Shown here: positions 9,468-18,906 of the stretch, in pieces | Layout: each line of letters begins with the position of its first letter | How positions within the stretch are numbered: position 1 is the stretch's first letter | IMG/VR virus record: IMGVR_UViG_3300021171_000004 | Location: 31,524 to 95,523 of that record | Source: a virus | DNA length: 64,000 nt | Strand: one strand, 5' to 3' | Notes under the pieces: generated by a model | The model's input: only the letters and a program-made list of their open reading frames with translations | Database searches by the model: none | Told to the model about the DNA's origin: nothing | Position numbers and translations under genes: made by a program

Positions 9468-10361
9468 ATGACAGAAGTAGCAGAAGCACCAAAGAAGTGG
9501 GTAAGGTCTTACCAACCGAAGGACGAAAACGGATACCCTATCGGTCCGCCCCAGAAATTTGAAGCGGACACTCAACAGGAATTGATTGACAAGCTCGCTG
9601 CCGCGCACGAAAACGCGAGCGCTGCTTTGTACAAAACCCGCCAGCAAGTGAAGTTAGGCGCGATGCTCGAACCCGACCCGGACGAGCCTCTGCAAACGTT
9701 CGAATCGAAAACTCTCACCGCCGAGGAACGGCTTAAAATTACTAAGCAACTGGCCGACCCAGCCACTGTGGTTGAAGGCTACAAAAGTTTATCAGAAGCC
9801 GTTTATGGAGCACCGCCTGAGAAGGTTCAGGAATCTCTCCGTGAACGTGAAATCAGTAAGCGCGTAGATTCCATCCGCGCTGCAATCGCCTTATTCGTCA
9901 AGGAAAATCCCGCGTACGTAGAGTGCGAAGGAAACTCCGACAAGATGAAAAAATACATGGAGAAAAATAATCTCCGATACACGGCGAAAAACCTCAAGAT
10001 TGCTTTCGAAGATTTGTCCAGTGATGGTTTACTCACTGTGCGAACTCCGCAAGCGGCAGTACCAGTAACACCCGTTGTTACTCCTGTAACGACGAACGCA
10101 CCCGCTGTGCCTGAGGCGATCCCTCCCGCACCGACAACTCCGGCCCCGGCGATCCCGGTTGAGCCTACGGAAGTGCGCCCCAAGAACTCGTCCAGCGGAT
10201 TAGGACGCGAAAATTCCAGCGCAGTACCTGGAATCACACCACCTAAGACCCCGGGGATTTCTATCAGGGATATTAACAAAATGAGCGCCGCAGAATACCA
10301 AGACAAGCTGAAGGATCCTGAGTTCCGGAAAGCTGTCGAAGCTCTGTACGCCAAGAAATAA
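9468..10361 (+). CDS. Capsid scaffolding protein
   Basis: Directly upstream of the MCP; helical N-terminus, Pro-rich linker, short C-terminal helix 'INKMSAAEYQDKL'. Confidence 0.7.
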   Translation: MTEVAEAPKKWVRSYQPKDENGYPIGPPQKFEADTQQELIDKLAAAHENASAALYKTRQQVKLGAMLEPDPDEPLQTFESKTLTAEERLKITKQLADPATVVEGYKSLSEAVYGAPPEKVQESLREREISKRVDSIRAAIALFVKENPAYVECEGNSDKMKKYMEKNNLRYTAKNLKIAFEDLSSDGLLTVRTPQAAVPVTPVVTPVTTNAPAVPEAIPPAPTTPAPAIPVEPTEVRPKNSSSGLGRENSSAVPGITPPKTPGISIRDINKMSAAEYQDKLKDPEFRKAVEALYAKK

Positions 10362-10399
10362 TATCCCGGCACACAAAATAAGTTTGAAGTAGGAATCAC

Positions 10400-11422
10400 A
10401 TGGCCGGATACAATCCAGCTAGCAACACTACTTCCAACCTGCCTCAGTCTCGCGTTATCTACTACGATAAACGCTTCATTGAGAACCTGAAGGCTCAAAC
10501 TCCGTTCGTCCGTTGCGCAGAACGGCGCGAACTTCCGCTCAACAGTGGAAACCAGCTTGAGCTTTTCATGTACAATACGTTCGGTGCAAACACCGCGCAG
10601 GTTTCGGAAGGCACGGTGCCCACGGGCATCTCCGCTTCGGTCGGGACTACGACCGCCACAATTGGGGAGTACGCAGATTACGCGAACTTCTCTTCTCTTT
10701 CACTTGCCACCGCAATCGATCCAGTCGTCGAAAACGTTGGCCGCGAACTTTCTTACCGCCTTGGACAATCCTTGTCCGCAATTACCCGTGCAGTTGCTGA
10801 CGGCGCAAACAGCGTCGATAGCTCTGTAAAGGTCACGATTGCTGGTGGTACGTCACTCGCGCTCGCAAACATCCGCGCTCAGGTCCAGTCTTTGGCTGGC
10901 CGCGCGGTTCAACCTTTCAACGAAGCAGAAGCTCTGATGGCGGGTGTGATCCACCCATTTGCCGTTGGCGACCTTCTGAACGATTCTTCGAATAACTCCG
11001 CAATCGACGTTCTCAAGCACACCGTGCCTGGATTGCAGCGCATGGACGACCTGGTTTCTATCGACTTGGCCGACACACTTGAGTTCCCGGCTTCCGGTGT
11101 CGCATTCTTCCAGTCCAACTTGGTTACGCTGACGACCGCGTATCAGGGTTCGGCGGCTGGGGTGGTGGCATACCGCACGTACATTTTCGGGAAAGACGGG
11201 GTCATAGCGATCAGATTAGGTGGTCGCGGAGATAATGCCATTGAAGATGGCAACTGGAGAAATATTGAGTGCAACATCGTCCAAAACGCTCCATTAAGCG
11301 TTGCGGATCCGAGCGGCCTCATCCCGGGTTGGACTTCGTATCGTGTTCACTACACAGCGAGCCTTCCTCCGGACACAACCATGCGTTTGCGCACGATTGA
11401 CGCAACGAGTGCCATCTCCTAA
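10400..11422 (+). CDS. Major capsid protein
   Basis: 340 aa, strongly biased codons, HK97-like motifs 'VSEGTVP', 'IGEYADY', 'GVIHPF'; followed by a terminator. Confidence 0.85.
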   Translation: MAGYNPASNTTSNLPQSRVIYYDKRFIENLKAQTPFVRCAERRELPLNSGNQLELFMYNTFGANTAQVSEGTVPTGISASVGTTTATIGEYADYANFSSLSLATAIDPVVENVGRELSYRLGQSLSAITRAVADGANSVDSSVKVTIAGGTSLALANIRAQVQSLAGRAVQPFNEAEALMAGVIHPFAVGDLLNDSSNNSAIDVLKHTVPGLQRMDDLVSIDLADTLEFPASGVAFFQSNLVTLTTAYQGSAAGVVAYRTYIFGKDGVIAIRLGGRGDNAIEDGNWRNIECNIVQNAPLSVADPSGLIPGWTSYRVHYTASLPPDTTMRLRTIDATSAIS

Positions 11423-11467
11423 CAATTAACCATTGTTCGAACCTTCTAGAGCATTCGGACGCGACCG

Positions 11468-11505
11468 GGGCGGTTTTCTAGAAGCCGCCCTGCTTCGTTT
11501 TTTTT
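11468..11505 (+). terminator. Rho-independent terminator after the MCP
   Basis: GGGCGGTTTT-CTA-GAAGCCGCCC hairpin followed by a T8 run. Confidence 0.7.
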
Positions 11506-11526
11506 CGTGCCTCCAAGGAGCCACAA

Positions 11527-12249
11527 GTGCCAAATTGTATTTATTGTGGAACTACAATTCCCCCCGATGTGGGTTTGCGTTGCGTGAAATGTAATACGCC
11601 CGCCAAACCCAAAAAAGGTTTTCAATATTCCGACCAAGACTACGATAAAGAGTTTGCGTATGATCTGGATACGGTCGAGCCCCGAGTTTCAAAAATTTTA
11701 GAACAGACTGAGACGCGGGAAATGTCGAAGTCTTCGCAGCAAGCCAAAGAGGAATATCACCGCCTGTACGAACAGAACGTCGAGTCCCGGAAAGAATACC
11801 GCTGGGAAAATCAGGCCGAACTTCAACAAAAACGCGAAGGCCGAATTATTCACATGAACGAATTCATGCGCCTGCTACGGCAAGCCCTGCCTGTAGGCTA
11901 CTCCGCTTGGTTCACCGAAAAAGGCGGCATGGCTAATACTCTCGGACTTTATGTAGGTCATCCTGGACTTTTATCCGGTTGTACACATTTGAACGGCGAA
12001 CCGCATTACGTTGGATTCGTACAAGTCCCGTGGATGCAGGAGTTCGAGGAATTACATTTTGACCGATACAACGTCCCGCTCGGATCCAAACGCCGCGGCT
12101 GGCGAACCATCCTATTGAAACTAATCGAGTCCAAGATTCTGACTGAATCCAAGGCTCATGAAGTTTTCGGAGCACCACTTGAAAATGCAATGGCCCGTCG
12201 TTACAGGCATTATTTGCACTTTCTGAGAAATAAAGGAAAACAGGCATGA
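11527..12249 (+). CDS. Hypothetical protein with N-terminal zinc ribbon
   Basis: RBS AAGGAG; CxxC...CxxC. Confidence 0.65.
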   Translation: MPNCIYCGTTIPPDVGLRCVKCNTPAKPKKGFQYSDQDYDKEFAYDLDTVEPRVSKILEQTETREMSKSSQQAKEEYHRLYEQNVESRKEYRWENQAELQQKREGRIIHMNEFMRLLRQALPVGYSAWFTEKGGMANTLGLYVGHPGLLSGCTHLNGEPHYVGFVQVPWMQEFEELHFDRYNVPLGSKRRGWRTILLKLIESKILTESKAHEVFGAPLENAMARRYRHYLHFLRNKGKQA

Positions 12250-12662
12250 TGGTTTGTTCTTTATGTCGCAAACAACCAAGGCATAGTAAAAGTTGGTGTT
12301 TGGAATGTACTCAGAAAAAAGCGAAACAATACCAAACTACCTACCGTAAAAAACACCCTCAGTCCCACCGGGTGGAACGTCTTAGAAAAAGCCATCTCAC
12401 TCTTTCTGAATACGAAATTCTAAAGCAACATCAGAATTCCCGATGCGCTTTGTGCAGAAAGGAATACCCTATTTTTGATATCGACCACGACCACGGACAT
12501 TGTCCGTATGCTAGGGCGTGCAAGGAGTGTATTCGAGGCTTACTCTGCCGTCTGTGCAATCGATATCACCTTCCGTGGTTGGAGAAAAATCTCCATCTAC
12601 AAAGCGAATTTGTTAAGAATTACCTGAAATCAAGGCCATTCTTAGAACAGTTAGCCGCCTAA
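12246..12662 (+). CDS. Endonuclease VII-like homing endonuclease
   Basis: 'QNSRCALC..DIDHDH..IRGLLCRLCN'. Confidence 0.8.
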   Translation: MMVCSLCRKQPRHSKSWCLECTQKKAKQYQTTYRKKHPQSHRVERLRKSHLTLSEYEILKQHQNSRCALCRKEYPIFDIDHDHGHCPYARACKECIRGLLCRLCNRYHLPWLEKNLHLQSEFVKNYLKSRPFLEQLAA

Positions 12663-12704
12663 AAAAAAAATCGACCGCCGTAATTAACGGCCAAGGAGCA
12701 ATAT

Positions 12705-13238
12705 ATGAGTAGTGAATTTGATAAAACGAACGACCCAATAGCGCAGTTTGCTGCCACTCTGCCGAGCAAAACCAACGTGGAAGTTTCAAACGAACTGGCC
12801 GCGCTGGAACTCGAAGAGAAACAGTTAGACCTGGAAATCAAGCGCGAAACCGTAGCTAAGATTCGTGCGCAGCGAAACGCCAAACTGGACGAAGCCCGCG
12901 CAAAGATGATTGCTACGAAGCAATTCTTGGCGCAGCGCGAAGCCAACCAAGCAAATTGCAACCATCGTAAAGGTGGGATCGGTGCGGAAGCCGTCATGCG
13001 CGGCCAAGGCACGGACGCCATGTACGCGGTTATCAAGCACAAGCTCCCGAACGGAAGATATTTCGTTTTGTGCCAGCGATGCGGCAAGGAATGGCACCCA
13101 GGATTCCCATTGCTCGGTGAAAAAGAAACTGCCGGATACCGTGAGGCTCTCAACTTCGCTACGGACAATTCTCCCAGCGGTTCCTCGACTTTTATTTTTG
13201 AACGCACCGAGTCTCTTGAGGAACGGAGCGCGGTCTAA
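12705..13238 (+). CDS. Hypothetical protein (coiled coil plus CxH/CxxC zinc site)
   Basis: RBS AAGGAG; 'CNHRKGG', 'CQRCGKEW'. Confidence 0.7.
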   Translation: MSSEFDKTNDPIAQFAATLPSKTNVEVSNELAALELEEKQLDLEIKRETVAKIRAQRNAKLDEARAKMIATKQFLAQREANQANCNHRKGGIGAEAVMRGQGTDAMYAVIKHKLPNGRYFVLCQRCGKEWHPGFPLLGEKETAGYREALNFATDNSPSGSSTFIFERTESLEERSAV

Positions 13239-13429
13239 TGGCAAAAACAGTTCAACAGATGTCCGCAGCCGAATATAAAACTTGGTTGCTTGAGAATCCG
13301 GACGAAGCCAAAAAACTTGACGCCCCAACTGCCGCGCCAGTAGTTCCAACCGTGGTGTGGCGAAACGGCGTGGCTGTTCAGATTGCGGACAACAGCCAAC
13401 TCACCAAAAACGGGGTGGTTCAGGGTTAG
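13238..13429 (+). CDS. Small protein carrying a scaffold-like 'MSAAEY' motif
   Basis: Translationally coupled (TAATG). Confidence 0.6.
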   Translation: MAKTVQQMSAAEYKTWLLENPDEAKKLDAPTAAPVVPTVVWRNGVAVQIADNSQLTKNGVVQG

Positions 13430-15162
13430 ACTTTCTGCTCCCCTGTTGGTTTGAACCGTTTCACGAACTCGATGGTTTTGTTCGTAATCGGCTCATGCTT
13501 TGTTGCCTCTACCATAGCGGCCAGCTTTAGAAGGTTTTTGACATCTCGACCCGTAAGGTTGGGGTTCTCTTCTACGATCACATCTACCATTTTCGGGGCA
13601 ATTTTGATTCCCGACGATTCTGCGAGCACTTTCCAGATTCTTTTTTGGTCTTCCACGTTCGGCACTTTATATGGAAGTCTAGCTACGCAACGACTAGCAA
13701 TAGCATCATCCACATCATCTGGGCGGTTTGTAGTCAAAAACAGAATATTGGATTGGTATTCCAGCACCCGCAAAAATACCCCCACAATGGCGTTTTGGCT
13801 CAGGTCGCTGCCGCGCTCGTGAACGTATACATCGGCCTCGTCCAAAAGCATTACAGCTTTCCAGCGTTTTGCCCGAGTGAACACTTTCAGGAGTTCATCC
13901 TCTAAGTCGTTCGGGTCTGTTCCCAACTGAGAACATTGCACTGAATAGAGGGCTCGCTCCTCGGATTCGGCATACACTTCAGCGGTCAAAGTTTTTCCGA
14001 CGCCAGGTAATCCTGTCAGAAGAACCACCGCACCCCCACCCTTTCCGGCAATGATATCCTTAAAGGTTTGGTCGCTATGGGATATCAACATTTTTACAAG
14101 GTCTTTCTGTTCAATCGGTAGAATCAATTTTTCGGAGAGAGTTTTATCGTACACATACGGAGTTAGGTAGTTGAGATGGATTTGCAGGCGCAGGTGTCTT
14201 TTTAAATCGAATACAGCTACGAAAGGGTGAATCGGAACTTCAATCTCCGGTTCTTCGATATCGTTGTCCGCGGCAATTTCAGCAGCCTCCATATCCTCTT
14301 CCTCTGCGGAGGCTTGAATAAACAGCTTGTTTGTGTGGGATACCCAAAAGTAGCTATGAAGATACGCTTCTCGATCCGAGTCCCGCTCTTTTTCATCTTC
14401 TACGAACACATCAATTACAACGCGCGAGGGCGAACCATTTCTCTCCATTGTAACGGTATTAGTTCGATGCCAGTACCAAGAATCGCTCCGATTCGGGTTT
14501 CCGTCTAAATCATCAGTAGCGGTTCCAACCGCGTAAAATTGTTTTCCGATTTCTGGAACCGTCTCCCCGAACCGTTTTGCTTCTACTAGATATTTTGCTC
14601 TAAGTTCGGGCGTTTCCATGTAGAAATTTTTACGGGCTAGAGTTTCCAAAACGGTGTACCCAATGCAGTCCTCGCTTTCAAAGTGGACGCGAGTTTCTTT
14701 TTTACCCCCAAACTGTTCGTGGATTAAATCCATCGAGGTCCAAGCAGGTCGTACGTGGTCTCGGCCCCGTTCTTCTGGGTGGTATTCGATTTCATCTACA
14801 TAGTAGGCAAGCCAAATATCCCCGTCTCCATCGTATTTCTTATAGAGCCGATGGCCTGGAACTTTACCAAGTGCCCGAACAAGAAGAGGTTTTAGATTGC
14901 GAACCGCACGAACTGTTGGAGAACCTTCACCGACAAGTGCTTGTCGCCACACAGCGATATCTTTGAGGATGACTTTAATTCCATGGACGGTCGGGTGTTC
15001 TTGAAAAATTTTTTCGAACGCATCCAATTGTTTCGGGGTTAGCGCGGCTAAATTCACGAACGCTTCTTTTTTCCAACTCCACGATTCTTCGTTATCGAGA
15101 AATGGTTTGAACAGCCTCAAACCGATTTCTTCAGCCACGCGCTTCGATAGACGGATTTCCAT
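13426..15162 (-). CDS. AAA+ ATPase
   Basis: Walker A GLPGVGKT, Walker B LLDEAD, sensor 'LTTNR', Arg finger 'IASR'; RBS AGGAGG. Confidence 0.85.
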   Translation of the reverse strand: MEIRLSKRVAEEIGLRLFKPFLDNEESWSWKKEAFVNLAALTPKQLDAFEKIFQEHPTVHGIKVILKDIAVWRQALVGEGSPTVRAVRNLKPLLVRALGKVPGHRLYKKYDGDGDIWLAYYVDEIEYHPEERGRDHVRPAWTSMDLIHEQFGGKKETRVHFESEDCIGYTVLETLARKNFYMETPELRAKYLVEAKRFGETVPEIGKQFYAVGTATDDLDGNPNRSDSWYWHRTNTVTMERNGSPSRVVIDVFVEDEKERDSDREAYLHSYFWVSHTNKLFIQASAEEEDMEAAEIAADNDIEEPEIEVPIHPFVAVFDLKRHLRLQIHLNYLTPYVYDKTLSEKLILPIEQKDLVKMLISHSDQTFKDIIAGKGGGAVVLLTGLPGVGKTLTAEVYAESEERALYSVQCSQLGTDPNDLEDELLKVFTRAKRWKAVMLLDEADVYVHERGSDLSQNAIVGVFLRVLEYQSNILFLTTNRPDDVDDAIASRCVARLPYKVPNVEDQKRIWKVLAESSGIKIAPKMVDVIVEENPNLTGRDVKNLLKLAAMVEATKHEPITNKTIEFVKRFKPTGEQKV

Positions 15163-15179
15163 AGTCCCTCCTATTTAGA

Positions 15180-15209
15180 AGTGTATCACAGAAAGGTAGC
15201 CGAATGCAA
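15180..15209 (-). promoter_or_regulatory. sigma70-like promoter for the AAA+ ATPase
   Basis: TTGCAT-N18-TACACT with extended -10 TG. Confidence 0.55.
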
Positions 15210-16529
15210 TTCGCCTACGAACGTGCCCGAGTGGGCACCCGAGCGGCCCAGTGGATTAACCCCAAAAAAGACGAACTACTCATCCCTGACCGGAAAACCG
15301 CCTACGCACTAATCGAGAAGTTCGACGTACAGTTACAGGCGAAACTGCCGCGGCACAAACGGGCTGAGATTTTGATTGCAAAAAGCATGATATATGAGGC
15401 TTTGGGCGATCAAAAGATGATGCAGGCCGCGGAAGAGGCTTTCAAGGTTACGAAAACCTCCACAACTGCCCACATGATGGCGGTCGCCCATCACCACTTT
15501 GGGCGGCTCCAAGAAGCCTGTAATTTTTACACCTTAGCGTACCGTTTCCCGCACGAAGAGGGTTTTAACGTCGATCTGGCTTATACACAGGCCCTGCTAT
15601 TCCAAGGCAGGTGGTCTGAGGCCCACAGGATGACGCTAGGACTGAAGAAACGGATGGTGTATGCCGCTTACCTGCCAGAATGGGACAGTCGGCCCTGTAT
15701 GGCGCTCTCAATCGTTTCTGAGGGTGGTTTTGGGGACATAATTCAGTGCGGGCGGTGGATACCCATAATTCGAGAGATGGTCGCGAACGTAACAGTCTAC
15801 CTGCCGCCATATTTCTTCGAAACTGGGTTTGTGGACCTGATGCGGAAGCAAAGTTGGTGCCCAGAGGTCAAACTCCTAACCGACTGTCCGCAGAATGTTC
15901 CAGCGGTCGGCTTTTTCGACCTGCCAGCTATTTTTGATGTCCAGCCAGATAACATTCCGCCTTCCCTCAGTTTCAAGGCGGATCCCATACGGGTAGCGAA
16001 ATACCGAGATATTCGTAATTCGCGATTCCCGAATGCCAACCTCCCGACCGTGGGCTTCTGTTTCGCGGCCCGCCAGCAAGAGACTCCTTTAGTGCCGGAC
16101 GGGACGTACCGAGCCCTCACAGAGCAACAGGCGGAAAGAATTCTGGTTGCAGGATTCGAAAAAGTTCGCTTTGTGAACTTGCAAAAAGATTTGAAAATCG
16201 ACCAGTTCGCAGCACCGCTTATTGCCCGGCCAGAAATCAATTCTTGGGAAGATACGTGCGCGATTATCGAGAATCTAGATTTTGTGATTTCAGTGGACAC
16301 CGCGGTTTTTCATCTCGCAGCCGCCATGGGGAAACCCGTGATTTTGATTTTATCGGGGGCCTCGGATTGGAAATTTGGTCTAAACGATGAGACGTGCCGC
16401 TGGTATTCAAACGTACGAATCATTCGCAACAATGGATTTGGTTTTGAAAACGCCGTCGAAAAGGTTATTCAGCTAGTCGAAAATGCCCAATTCCACAACC
16501 CAACTGTCGAAAATCACGCAATTCGCTAA
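15204..16529 (+). CDS. TPR-repeat plus GT9 (heptosyltransferase-like) glycosyltransferase
   Basis: Helical TPR-like N-terminus; 'EGGFGDIIQ..R'; 'LDFVISVDTAVFHLAAAMGKP'; 'DWKF..WYSNVRIIR'. Confidence 0.8.
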   Translation: MQFAYERARVGTRAAQWINPKKDELLIPDRKTAYALIEKFDVQLQAKLPRHKRAEILIAKSMIYEALGDQKMMQAAEEAFKVTKTSTTAHMMAVAHHHFGRLQEACNFYTLAYRFPHEEGFNVDLAYTQALLFQGRWSEAHRMTLGLKKRMVYAAYLPEWDSRPCMALSIVSEGGFGDIIQCGRWIPIIREMVANVTVYLPPYFFETGFVDLMRKQSWCPEVKLLTDCPQNVPAVGFFDLPAIFDVQPDNIPPSLSFKADPIRVAKYRDIRNSRFPNANLPTVGFCFAARQQETPLVPDGTYRALTEQQAERILVAGFEKVRFVNLQKDLKIDQFAAPLIARPEINSWEDTCAIIENLDFVISVDTAVFHLAAAMGKPVILILSGASDWKFGLNDETCRWYSNVRIIRNNGFGFENAVEKVIQLVENAQFHNPTVENHAIR

Positions 16530-17553
16530 GACCTTCCCAGATCTTGCTCCCATGGTTCAGACCACTGCGGGCGGTTCTTCGCTCGAACCCGCTCTCACGG
16601 TTTCGTCCGATACCATGATTGAAATGATTTCCCAGAACTTCAATTGGAAGTGGAATCGTTTTATCGTCCCGACCTTTTACACGAACGGTTTCCAACAGGA
16701 TTACGCCCTGCCCGGTGTCGTGAATTTAGGCTGGCTCGAACACGGGGTTTTAATTGATATCAACAATACGGCGATTCCGAAACCAGTTTGGCCTTTAGAA
16801 GTTGTTCGCGATCTGGAATTTACTTCCACCCAGTACGGTCGGCCCGGACAAATTTGCTGGCTTCCGAATGACCAACTTTATTATGCCACATGGGGCGCTC
16901 AAAACACGGGCAATTCCACAATCGGATTGAATCCCGGTCCCAATATGGTAATCGGAACTCTTCTGGGTGTGTACGCTGCGCCGATTAATCCTATTCTTCA
17001 AGTCCAGGATGCTTTCGGAAATCTCTGGGTTGTCACGACCTTTGGGACCACAGGCGCAACCAACCCCTTCGCCACGAACCAGAATCCTGTTTTTCCCTCC
17101 TCGAATAATCCCACCACTGTCGCAACTACTGTCACGGACGGAACCGTAGTTTGGACTGCGGTAAATCCCAAAGGCATGGGCGTGCGCGTAAATCCAATTC
17201 CCCCGCAAACCGGAATCGTTTATCAATTTTATTTGGCTGCGCAGTACAGAGCTTTTGCGTTTTCGAACGGGCCGTTCACACAACTCAGCCAAACCATCGA
17301 ACCCATACCCGACGATTTCGCGAAATATTTCCGAGACGGATTCGTATCCATGATGTACGCGCACTCGCAGGATCCGCGGGTGCGTGCGAAATTTCAGGAT
17401 ATGTACAACAATTGGTTGAAGTCGCTAAATGATTTTCGAAGGCAAGCGGATCGCGAGCGCGAAAATGCCGGATTTTACCCCAGCAGCCCGATTATACAGG
17501 GCCCAACTTTCGTAAACGCCGGGCCCGCCTACCCATTTATGCAAGGTTTCTAA
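16483..17553 (+). CDS. Head-tail adaptor-like virion protein
   Basis: 'FNWKWNR', 'QQDYALP', 'PIPDDF'; paralogous to the 20929 protein. Confidence 0.6.
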   Translation: MPNSTTQLSKITQFAKTFPDLAPMVQTTAGGSSLEPALTVSSDTMIEMISQNFNWKWNRFIVPTFYTNGFQQDYALPGVVNLGWLEHGVLIDINNTAIPKPVWPLEVVRDLEFTSTQYGRPGQICWLPNDQLYYATWGAQNTGNSTIGLNPGPNMVIGTLLGVYAAPINPILQVQDAFGNLWVVTTFGTTGATNPFATNQNPVFPSSNNPTTVATTVTDGTVVWTAVNPKGMGVRVNPIPPQTGIVYQFYLAAQYRAFAFSNGPFTQLSQTIEPIPDDFAKYFRDGFVSMMYAHSQDPRVRAKFQDMYNNWLKSLNDFRRQADRERENAGFYPSSPIIQGPTFVNAGPAYPFMQGF

Positions 17554-17798
17554 TGTTGCATTTCACGATAACAAGCGCACAGGTCACGTACGTCCAGCCG
17601 CCGCCCGTGAATTCACAAAGTGAACAGATTCCGAACACTACTTTTTTAAATGTTCAGACGGTGAATTCCAGCGAATTGGATAATCCCGGCACGAACCAAC
17701 CCGCGGTAGCCAGCACTTTTCCGAGGGTGGCCGATCCCTGGATCGTGAATCCGAACTTAGTCCAAGTGTTCCCAGTGAACAATCCGCCAGCGCCATGA
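17553..17798 (+). CDS. Small Pro/Asn/Thr-rich protein (paralog family)
   Basis: Coupled ORF with 'TITSAQ' N-terminal motif. Confidence 0.6.
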   Translation: MLHFTITSAQVTYVQPPPVNSQSEQIPNTTFLNVQTVNSSELDNPGTNQPAVASTFPRVADPWIVNPNLVQVFPVNNPPAP

Positions 17799-17977
17799 CA
17801 GAAAACATAACCATCACATCCCAGCAAGCAACCGCTCCGCAGAGTCCGACACCCGGCGCGAAAACATGGGCCCAGTTTTACGGTACGCCCGCACTAACCC
17901 GAACCGTAACGGCTTCGGTTGTCGCGAATCCCGTGAGTTCGAGCACAGCTACGATTAACATTCCGTTGGGGAATTAA
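17795..17977 (+). CDS. Small Pro/Thr-rich protein (paralog family)
   Basis: Coupled ORF with 'TITSQQ'. Confidence 0.55.
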   Translation: MTENITITSQQATAPQSPTPGAKTWAQFYGTPALTRTVTASVVANPVSSSTATINIPLGN

Positions 17978-18447
17978 TGTCCGAACTTCACACAACCATA
18001 ACCGCCAGCCAAGTCAATCCGCAGCCTAGTCCGACTCCGAATCTGGCTACGAACACAGTAACACCAAATGCGAACTGGGACGCTTTTTCCAAGACGCCCG
18101 CAGTTCCCGTGGTGCCGTCTTCCACTCTGGATAATCCTGGAGTGGTTCACGCGCCTCCGGCGAGTTCTCCGAATGTCGCGCCGAGCACACACGACCCGGC
18201 TTTAATTATTACCACGGCAGATGCCCGAGCAACTTACCAATGGCCGGACGGTTCATGGCGGCAATATCCCGTAAACCAAACCGCTGAAAATCTCGCGTAC
18301 GGAACAGGTCCACTCTACGCAAACGCGGGCGGGTTCGGCAGCAACAAAAATTCAGGAAGCACAGGGCCGGGGCAAACGTACAATGCAAACTCTTTTGCGC
18401 CGGGAGTCGGCTTCGCGCTCGTGCCGAATAATAGCCCGTACAAATAG
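17977..18447 (+). CDS. Pro/Asn/Thr-rich protein (paralog family)
   Basis: Coupled ORF with 'TITASQ' and 'SSTLDNPG'. Confidence 0.6.
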   Translation: MSELHTTITASQVNPQPSPTPNLATNTVTPNANWDAFSKTPAVPVVPSSTLDNPGVVHAPPASSPNVAPSTHDPALIITTADARATYQWPDGSWRQYPVNQTAENLAYGTGPLYANAGGFGSNKNSGSTGPGQTYNANSFAPGVGFALVPNNSPYK

Positions 18448-18449
18448 AG

Positions 18450-18860
18450 CTAGTCAAAATACTCTATTTTTTCAATGAAGCCGAGAATTTCTAGCGCTTC
18501 CACAGCGCACCCATAGTGAGTAACAAAATGACGATTCTCTCTATGTTGGACAGTAAACTCGTCCGGGTTTGCGATTCCCTTCGGAAGCCCGATCCCAGTA
18601 AAAGCGCCGCCAGCATTTTGGGCTTGTAACCCAATCGCGCTACGAATCTGTTGGGTTGTGATTTCTTTTACATTATAGTTGTTGGAATCGGGACCCCGTA
18701 GGGCTGTGAACACCTCCCACACAGCTTTCGCATATCTGGTCGTGGCGTGCCGTTCGTCGGGGTTCTCAATGTCATTGTTCATAAACGCGATAACATCTGA
18801 AATCAGTTTCCTAGCTTTTTTCTTCGCTTTAGAAGCATATTTTTCGTTGGGCGTTTTCAT
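18450..18860 (-). CDS. Hypothetical protein
   Basis: RBS AGGAGGGAG and own promoter. Confidence 0.7.
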   Translation of the reverse strand: MKTPNEKYASKAKKKARKLISDVIAFMNNDIENPDERHATTRYAKAVWEVFTALRGPDSNNYNVKEITTQQIRSAIGLQAQNAGGAFTGIGLPKGIANPDEFTVQHRENRHFVTHYGCAVEALEILGFIEKIEYFD

Positions 18861-18877
18861 TACTCCCTCCTGTTTTC

Positions 18878-18906
18878 ATGTTCACATATTGAACAAACTA
18901 TGTCAA
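18878..18906 (-). promoter_or_regulatory. Promoter overlapped by the palindromic motif
   Basis: TTGACA-N17-GAACAT; motif copy at 18880-18894. Confidence 0.55.

Noticed and set aside
9423-9647. Longer ORF-track starts for 8850-9647, 26094-27023, 42128-43234 and 57347-59239
   Set aside because: The extensions overlap real neighbouring genes or promoters; internal starts fit the motifs and translational coupling better.
12660-12692. A-run plus short hairpin interpreted as a minus-strand terminator
   Set aside because: The stem is only about 5 bp and separated from the run, which is too weak to call.
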